Shown here piece by piece: positions 56,322-64,000 of a DNA stretch of 64,000 bases. Under the pieces are notes generated by a model. That model was not told where the DNA came from. It searched no databases and was given only the letters and a program-made list of their open reading frames with translations. Position numbers and translations under genes: made by a program. Position 1 is the stretch's first letter. Every line of letters starts with the position of its first letter. Origin of the DNA: Eledone cirrhosa (lineage: Eukaryota); assembly GCA_964016885.1 (NCBI GenBank), contig OZ024743.1:26660001-26724000 (forward strand). The letters run 5' to 3'.

Positions 56322-57275
56322 AAGGCATCAGGGGACGTAGGCACTAAACTGGTTGCACGCATCATCAATCAGGCTATATATGGTGGTGTCATACTCAAAG
56401 ACTGGTGCAGCAGTATTCTCATAAATTGCTACAAAGGTAAAGGGGATGCTCTGGAGAGGAGCAATTATAGGGGTATAAAACTGATAGATCAGGTTATGAA
56501 AGTGGCAGAAAGGATTTTAGCATAACTAATTAGAGAAAGGGTCAAACTAGATGAGATGAAGTTTGGTTTTGTGCCTGGGAAGAGTACAACAGATGCCCTC
56601 TTCTTGGTGAGACAATTGCAAGAGAGGTTCTTAGAGAAGGCCTTTGATAGGGTACCCCGATCTGTCATCTGGTGGTCCCTAAGGAAGTTAGGTGTTGAAG
56701 AATGGCTTGTGAGGACAGTGCAAACTTTGTACAGAGGTACTCTCAGTAAAGTCAGGGTAGGAATGGAGTTTAGTGAGGAATTCCAGATACAAGTAGGAGT
56801 ACATCAGGGTTCGGTCCTCAGCCCGCTCTTGTTCATTATAGTCCTCCAAGCCATAACAGAGGAGTTTAAGACTGGCTGTCCATGGGAACTTCTCTATGCT
56901 GACGATCTGGTTCTTATAGCAGAATCAGTAGAGGAGCTAGAAAATAAATTCTGGCTATGGAAACAGCAGTTGGAAGCAAGAGGACTGAGAGTGAACCTAG
57001 CTAAGACAAAAGTGTTGATGAGTAGAAAAGAGGACAAAACCATGATTCCGTCAGGGAAATGGCCATGTTCGATATGCAGAAAAGGAACTGGCATAAATTC
57101 TATAAAATGCACACAATGCAGATCCTGGGTACACAAGAGATGTAGCGGGATAGCAGGCAAACTAACAGGCAGGGAGAAATATGTATGCAGTAGATGTACA
57201 GGGAAATTAGACAGTAGAAGTCGCATTGATAGACACATTTTTCAAATGCAGGAGGGCGCTATAGAAGTGGTGGAT
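56322..57275 (+). mobile_element. RTE LINE reverse-transcriptase fragment with PHD-like Cys/His finger
   Basis: NYRGIKL, LEKAFDRV, GVHQGSVLSPLLF, LLYADD, then CSIC...CTQC..WVHKRC...CSRC; bounded by (AT)n on both sides. Confidence 0.93.
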
Positions 57276-57280
57276 ATATA

Positions 57281-57328
<48 letters not shown>

Positions 57329-57517
57329 TCTCCATTCTGAACTTGTTTATAGAATTCTTTCTGCCTTTGTTAATCTAAATATAAATTAAAGCTTTAAAGA
57401 ATTAGCTTTTAATGAATTCCCTTTTCTATCAACCAATAACCTCTACCCATCCCACCCCTACCCTCTCCTACCACTTGAAGAGGCCTATAAATACCATATT
57501 TATTTTTTTATACCCAT

Positions 57518-57564
57518 ATTCCTGATGATTTCTAAAGAATGAAACAGTTCTAGTCCTGTAGAAT
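57518..57564 (+). ncRNA. Minimal type I hammerhead-like motif in a probable Penelope pLTR (about 57330-57600)
   Basis: ATTC-CTGATGA-T-TTC-taaa-GAA-T-GAA-ACAG-ttctagtc-CTGT-A-GAAT, preceded by TATAAATA. Confidence 0.62.
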
Positions 57565-58099
57565 CTCATCTATATTAAATATTTATATATATATAAATAT
57601 ATATTTTACGTCCGCTTTTTCCCTGCTTGCAAGGGTGGGACAGGAACCGATTCTGGCTTGATTTCTACAGCTGGATGCACTTCATAACACCAACCTCATT
57701 TATTTTTGACTCGGTGAGCATGTGTGTTTGTTGTTTGATATATTGATATTACAATAACTATGGTCACTCTATACGGTTCCCGTTATTTATATTTGTAAAC
57801 AAACATTTGAAATCAACTTATATACAACTTACATCGTGTTTCTATATCTTTAACTTTTTGGGCTTCATTCATTTAATTTGTTTTAGATTTATCTTATTTT
57901 ATTTTATTTTATTTTATCTTAATTTATTCTGTCTCCTTTATATTTCATGTGGATATCATTTGATGTTCACTTTGTTTTGGTGTTTTAATCGCAAAATATT
58001 CTTTGAACGATATTTATTACTAATATTTATAGTTCTCTCTCTTTCTGAATTGCTATTTCTCACGCTGTCTCTGTCTCTCTCCTTCTTCCTTCCTCTCTC

Positions 58100-61000
58100 T
58101 CTCTAGATCACACGAGCTCTCTCCCTCTCTAAATCGCACCTTGAATTTCTCACCGGACTTATCTATCTCCTCTCTAACCTTTCCCCCCACTCTTCCCGCT
58201 ATCTCTCTCGCTCCTCTCTTCTGTCTCTCTCCCCTTTCTTTTCTTCTGTTTCTTTTTCTTTTTATCTCTCTTTTCCTCTAAATCGCTCCTTAAATTTCTC
58301 ACTGGACTTATATCTCCCTCTGTCCCTCTGTAACCTCTATCCTACACTTCCCACTATCTCTCTTTCTCCCCTCCACAGCGAAATGGACTGCATACAGGAA
58401 AAAGGTGATATTAGGAGTCAGCGAAACTAGTCAAAGATGGAACTAGCGGTTTTGATCAAGGGGTGGACCATGGCTGATGGGTCTCCACCAAGCAAAAAGA
58501 TGGCGGAGAGCCTGAAAAGCCATGGGTTTCTGAGGACCCTGGCACAGATAGAGAGAAAGAGAAAAGAAATTGAGAAGGCGTATGTCCTCATAGCGCCACA
58601 TATGGCGATGTTAAGCTGTGTCCTCAAGGAGGAGAAAACCGAAGAGAAGGAAGAGGAGAGGGACAAAGAAAAGGAGGAGAGCACAAGCACGGACCTGAAA
58701 GAAAATGAGATACCCTCCGCCACAGTCAGGGAGGGCAGGCCGGGCAACCAACAAGCAAAAGGTAAAGGTGAAAAGCGAAATCACCTTCCGAAGGAGAACC
58801 AAGCACAGACGGACCAGTGGACAACTGTTCAAAGGAAGAACAGAAAGCACCAAGACACTGGGAGCCAAAAAACCCAAGTAATGTGCAAGTTTTTCAAGAA
58901 CGGGATCTGCTGGCATGGAGAGACAGGGATGGGATGCAGATTCGCCCACCCCAGGTCTCAAACGAACTATGCCCATCTTACTCGCGCAACATGCCCCAGC
59001 CAAAGCCGAAATAAGCCGCTCCAACAAGAAGAAGGCACGCACATGCCGACGAGATACAGATGGCTGCAGCAGAGCAGAAAAATTTTTTAGTGATGGCAGA
59101 GAAGATTGTGGGACAGCTGACCTGGCTGCATCATTTCCAGAGCCAGGGTCACCCACACCAGTACTTGAGACCACCACAGCTAAGGGACCCAGAGTGGCCG
59201 CCGCTGACACCAGACCAGGTGTCATACCAACAGCCATTACTGGCACCCCAAAAGTCACACCAGTGCTGCTGCTGAATGTCAGAGGCCTGGTGAAACTCAG
59301 TAACATGAGTAAAATTTCCTACCTGAGAGACTTAGCCATAAGCAATCAAGCATTATGCATGGCACTAACCGAAATGCACCTGACAAGCAGTATAGCAGAT
59401 GCAGAAATATATATACCGAAATATACTGTATTTCGTTTGGACAGGAAGGAGAGAACTCATGGTGGGGTTGCTCTGTATATCCGCGAAGATGTCACACCAA
59501 TTGTACTGTTGACACATTCAAACTCAGTCTCTGACACACTGATAGTACATATGAAGCAACTACAGACAGTAATATGTCACATATCGGCCGCTCGATGCCC
59601 CCAGTCATGAGCGTAAATTTGAGGATAGCCTAAGTAGGATAGAAGAGGTCCTTGACAAACTGGACCAGGGTCTCAACATTCTACTGCTGGGAGACTTCAA
59701 CCTACCAAAGGTCAAATGGCCTGAGAGCCACCTCCTCCCTGGAATGACGTCAATAGAACAGAGACAGACGGAATTCCTGCTAGCCCTCACACACAGGCTG
59801 TTCATGGAGCAAGCCATACTCCTCCCAACAAGAGGCAAAAATGTCCTGGACCTCTGTTTTACAAACAACGAAGTGCTCATCCACAATGTAAAGGTGACAC
59901 CAACAATTCTCTCGGATCATAACTTAGTAGAGCTAATGATATGTGGTCCAAGAGAACCAACAGAGACAAAACCACCAAGAAGCTCCGGGACGTTATCCAG
60001 CCTTAACTTTTACAAGGCTAACTGGAAAAAGATTAAGAGAGAAATCCGGAAGCAAACATGCAGTGAAAACACCGCCACACAAGACACTAACACACAATTT
60101 CAACACTTCATGACAACGATACACACTATATGCAAAAAGTTTGTCCCGGAGAAAAAGGCAAACAGACACAAAAATCTTATTCCCAGAGATAGGAAAATTC
60201 TTATGAGACGTAGAACCAAGCTCTCAAACCAGTTGAATGCTCAACAAGAAAACAAAAACAAGAAGGAATCCTATTTGAAATGTGCACTACTTGGCACCGA
60301 GATTGCACTCAAACTTTCCCATGAAAATGAGAGGGCAAAGAAAGAGAACAGGACCATAGAAAACATTAAAACAAACCCTAAAGCCTTCTTTAAATTTGCA
60401 AAAGAAACTGCCTCGGTACACTGCAAGATTGGGCCACTCTTCCATATGGACGGTTCATTAACCGAAAACCCCCAAGAGATATGTGAAATACTGAACGAAC
60501 AGTACAAAAGTGTGTTCACATGTCCACTGAGGCACATGCAAATAACGAAGCCAGAGGAGTTCTTTGATGCCACAACACTACATGAAGAAATGGCAACCAT
60601 CAGCCACATAGACATAATGGAGGAGGATGTGGTGTACGCCATAGATGAAATTAGAACAGACTCAGCTGCTGGACCTGATGGATTCCCAGCAGTTCTCTTA
60701 AAAACATGTAAGCGGGCCTTAGCAACTCCACTGAAGATGCTCTTCAGAAACTCCTTGGCTAGCAGTGTACTACCCAGTTTTACAACAAGATCTGGATGCC
60801 ATATACAAATGGGCGGAAGAAAACAACATGCAGTCTAATGCTGGCAAATTCCAAGCCCTACAATACAAACCTGCAAACACAAATATAGTACAACACAACT
60901 ACACAGGACCAGGAGGGACCGATATCCCCGTGTCAAAATCGATATGAGACCTGGCATATACATGAGCGATGATGCAACTTTTTCCTCACACATCATGAAA

Positions 61001-61632
61001 GTGGCGACAATGTGCAGACGACTCGCTGGCTGAATCTTGAGGACTTTCCGGACAAGAGACCGAGACACCATGTTGACACTATGGAGGACATTTGTCCTAA
61101 GCCGCCAGGACTACTGCTCCCAGTTGTGGTCACCCCATAGTGTCAAACTAACCACGGAGCTTGAGGCAATCCAGCAAAGCTACACTAAGAGGATTGCCAC
61201 GATGAAGGAGACAAGCTACTGGGAGAGGCTAAAGGAACTGAATCTCTACTCCTTGGAACGAAGATGAGAGATACGCAGTGATCTACATGTGGAAAATCCT
61301 GGAGGGACTAGCACCAAACTTTGGCATTGGGAGCTGGACCAACCGTCAAACAGGACGTCACTGTGTGGTGCCAAAGGTCCCGTCTTCCACATCTAGAATA
61401 AAGAGCAGGTATTGCAATAGCCTGGGATTCAAGGGCCTTCAACTCTTCAACAAGCTGCCGAGGGATCTGAGAGATTTACATGACGTGGAAGTGGATGTCT
61501 TCAAGAAACATCTCAACACCTTTCTATCCAGGATCCCGGATGAGCCCACAGCAAGGCACGAGGGAAACCTAAGGGCAGCAGCAACAAACTCCCTCTTACA
61601 CCAGTGGCCAACCTATACAGGCTGGAGATAAA
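58100..61632 (+). mobile_element. Internally deleted CR1-clade LINE: pyrimidine-rich 5' region, ORF1 with CCCH finger, ORF2 APE endonuclease and C-terminus
   Basis: CKFFKNGICWHGETGMGCRFAH; LLNVRGL, GGVALYI, LLGDFNLP, TRGKNVLDL, SDHNLV; AAGPDG; LQQDLD..YKW; LYSLERR; PDEPT...NSLLHQ; frameshifts and stops. Confidence 0.9.
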
Positions 61633-61634
61633 TG

Positions 61635-61721
61635 TTTCTATTTAATTTTGGTTGTAATTCTTTTATGACAAATCACAGAGGCAATAAACATAACAGAATT
61701 GCAACCAAAATTAAATAGAAA
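61635..61721. repeat. 33-bp inverted repeat at the CR1 / Penelope-like junction
   Basis: tttctatttaattttggttgtaattcttttatg versus cataacagaattgcaaccaaaattaaatagaaa (2 mismatches). Confidence 0.9.
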
Positions 61722-61958
61722 ATATGAGTGGAACAGCAACATCACAACTTACAATTAAGGACAAAATGAAAACACACACACACATAGAACAAACAACCAA
61801 CCAGTAACATGTAAATAAACAAATAAATAAATGAACATAAACACACACAGACACCCGGATGTGGCGCATGCACAGACTGAGCACACAACACACACACAGA
61901 AACAAAATGGCGTAGGACAGAACAAAGGAGAGGCACAGAAACAAAGAAAGGAATCCCC

Positions 61959-62003
61959 AGTCACTGAAGAGGTCACAGAGTGTGTGACGAAAGAACTATG
62001 ACT
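61959..62003 (+). ncRNA. Type I hammerhead-like motif, Penelope-type variant
   Basis: AGTCA-CTGAAGA-G-GTCACA-gagtg-TGTGAC-GAAA-GAAC-TA-TGACT. Confidence 0.78.
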
Positions 62004-62310
62004 ATATATAAACAACTATCTGGTTGTGGAACCAACCAACCAACCAGAAATTTATAAATTCCTAAATTTATAAATTTATTATAATAAATTGAAGTGAAAG
62101 CAACTGGTGCATGTGTTTCTTATTGGCAACATGACCCTCCTAAAGTATAACAATATCGGTTTCAACACACGATTTCAGATAAAGAATCTTGCTAAACAAA
62201 TTCAGAAACAATATATATATATATTTATATATATATATTTATATATTTATATATATATATATTTATATATATTTATATATTTATATATATATATATATTT
62301 ATATATATAT

Positions 62311-62962
62311 AGAAATAAGAGGGATCAGATGTTGTTTACTCGAGAGAAGGCTACGTTGGTATGGTCACGTGATGCGCATGAAAGACGATAGCTGTATAAC
62401 AAAGTGCAGGGCAATAAAGATAGACAGTAGCCACGGAATAGGCAGACCCAGAAAAACCTGGGACGAGCTGATAAATTCCGACCTCACACACTTACACCTC
62501 TCCAAGATAATGTCACTGGACCGAGACCTTTGGCGGTACTCAGTAATAGAGAAGACCCGCCTTACCTAAATACAAAGTAAAACCTACTACAGTCAGTAGG
62601 CATCTCTAACAAAATACACCCCCGTCCCACCACCCCCACCCCATCCACACCGCCCCTTTCAATGTAAAGTTATGTTGGTGCCACAACATCCAGGCCGAAA
62701 CAAATGAGATTGTGTAGGTGTCACGACAAAAAAAAACACACAGTCCACGCTGTAATGTGGCCGTGTAGGCAACACGGTAAAAACCTCCCAGACCCACACT
62801 GTAAATGTGGTTGGTGTTAGGAAGGGCATCCAGCTGTAGAAAACCTGCCAGACAGTCCTATGCGAGCAAGACAATCACTCTTGCCTCAAGTGGGAAAACC
62901 CCCGTCCAAACCCATGCAAGCGTGGAACACGGACGTTAAACGTTGATGATGATGATGATGAT
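62311..62962 (+). mobile_element. 5'-truncated young RTE LINE (same family as 12895 and 48300)
   Basis: EIRGIRCCLLERRLRWYGHVMR...EKTRLT*, 3' UTR, (GAT)n tail. Confidence 0.93.
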
Positions 62963-62981
62963 ATATATTTATATATATTTA

Positions 62982-63034
<53 letters not shown>

Positions 63035-63254
63035 ATATATTTATATATATCTATATATTTAAATATATATATATATATATATGTGTAAATGAAGTAATTC
63101 CGTCGGAAAAGTCCAGGAAAAAAGAGTGCTCTATGTAAGCAACAGAGCTGAATAAACCAGGATTTTTTCATTCTGAGGATTGAAAGCAAAACCTTTTGCT
63201 TTTAAGAAACCACTGGTAAATGGAATAATTGCCTTATGTTGTTTATTACATAAT

Positions 63255-63300
<46 letters not shown>

Positions 63301-63301
<1 letters not shown>

Positions 63302-63352
63302 ATACATAGTTTAGAAAGCCACAACAATGTTGTGGCTTTCTAAACTACGTAT
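63301..63352. repeat. Palindrome with perfect 20-bp arms and 1-nt spacer
   Basis: tagtttagaaagccacaaca-a-tgttgtggctttctaaacta. Confidence 0.93.
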
Positions 63353-63416
63353 TTTACACATTTCACAATGCTTCAAGCAAACTTTAACACCCTCTTATCA
63401 TATATATATATATATT

Positions 63417-63449
<33 letters not shown>

Positions 63450-63582
63450 GTATATATATATTTATATATATATATTTATATTTATATATATATATATATA
63501 TATATTTATGTTTGGCCGCCCTCCTATCTCTGCTTCTCAGCCCCATGGATTTTGTCTATTATATTCCTTTGTTAAATTTCAA

Positions 63583-63646
63583 ATACCTGATGATGTCACC
63601 GGATTCATACTGAACTCGGTCATTGAACTGATCATAGTATAATAAA
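63583..63646 (+). ncRNA. Degenerate hammerhead-like motif followed by AATAAA
   Basis: ATAC-CTGATGA-tgtcACCG.gaTTCA.tac.TGAAct.CGGT-catt-GAA-CTGATCA-TA-GTAT-AATAAA; GAAA core is damaged. Confidence 0.5.
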
Positions 63647-63927
63647 CCTTTTAAGGAATTACACCAGTCCAGTCTCCTGTTATTTTATAATATTTAACTC
63701 CGTACTCGCACCACCAACAACAGAAACGAAGACGGGCGAGTTGCATTACGGCGAGTGCTCTCCCTAATATTACATCGAGGTTGACCATACGGAATGACCA
63801 GTTCTATCCAGTGGTGAACCAACAAACCTAAATAAATATATATATATATAGGAAAATGTTTAACCCCGACAGCAGAGCTCAAGTCGTTTTGACGGCTATT
63901 TCTGGACTAAATTTGAATTTTTAGAGT

Positions 63928-63993
<66 letters not shown>

Positions 63994-64000
63994 ACTAACA

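Noticed and set aside
58611-59306. 231-aa minus-strand ORF and other antisense ORFs over the CR1 and RTE elements
   Set aside because: Shadows of GC-richer transposon coding strands; no independent motifs.
56322-62962. Idea that the RTE RT fragment and the 62311 3' fragment are one element split by the CR1
   Set aside because: About 100 codons are missing between them and there is no flanking TSD; equally explained by independent insertions.

Overview
Very AT-rich, microsatellite-laden eukaryotic DNA; the repeat landscape (RTE LINEs with (GAT)n tails, tRNA-derived SINEs, long (AT)n tracts) suggests an octopus/cephalopod (inference). The window holds the 3' half of a minus-strand MADD / Rab3-GEF (aex-3) gene: 11 conventional exons from 55088 down to 8971 join in frame through GT-AG introns. 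Most supplied ORFs are microsatellite or transposon artefacts. Two layers are not visible in the ORF track. (1) A complex alternatively spliced MADD C-terminus: three candidate microexons of 16, 5 and 9 nt, where the 16 and 5 nt exons restore the frame only as a pair (together inserting NQRIKNEDFE); a paralogous alternative last exon; and a skip-induced short tail. (2) At least five type I hammerhead-ribozyme-like motifs typical of Penelope-like retroelement termini. One has an intact core, a bulged stem I and a greatly enlarged stem II, and lies on the sense strand of a MADD intron. Introns also contain RTE, CR1, R4/Dong-like and CRE-like LINE remnants, piggyBac-type MITEs, SINE inserts with clean TSDs and long palindromes.
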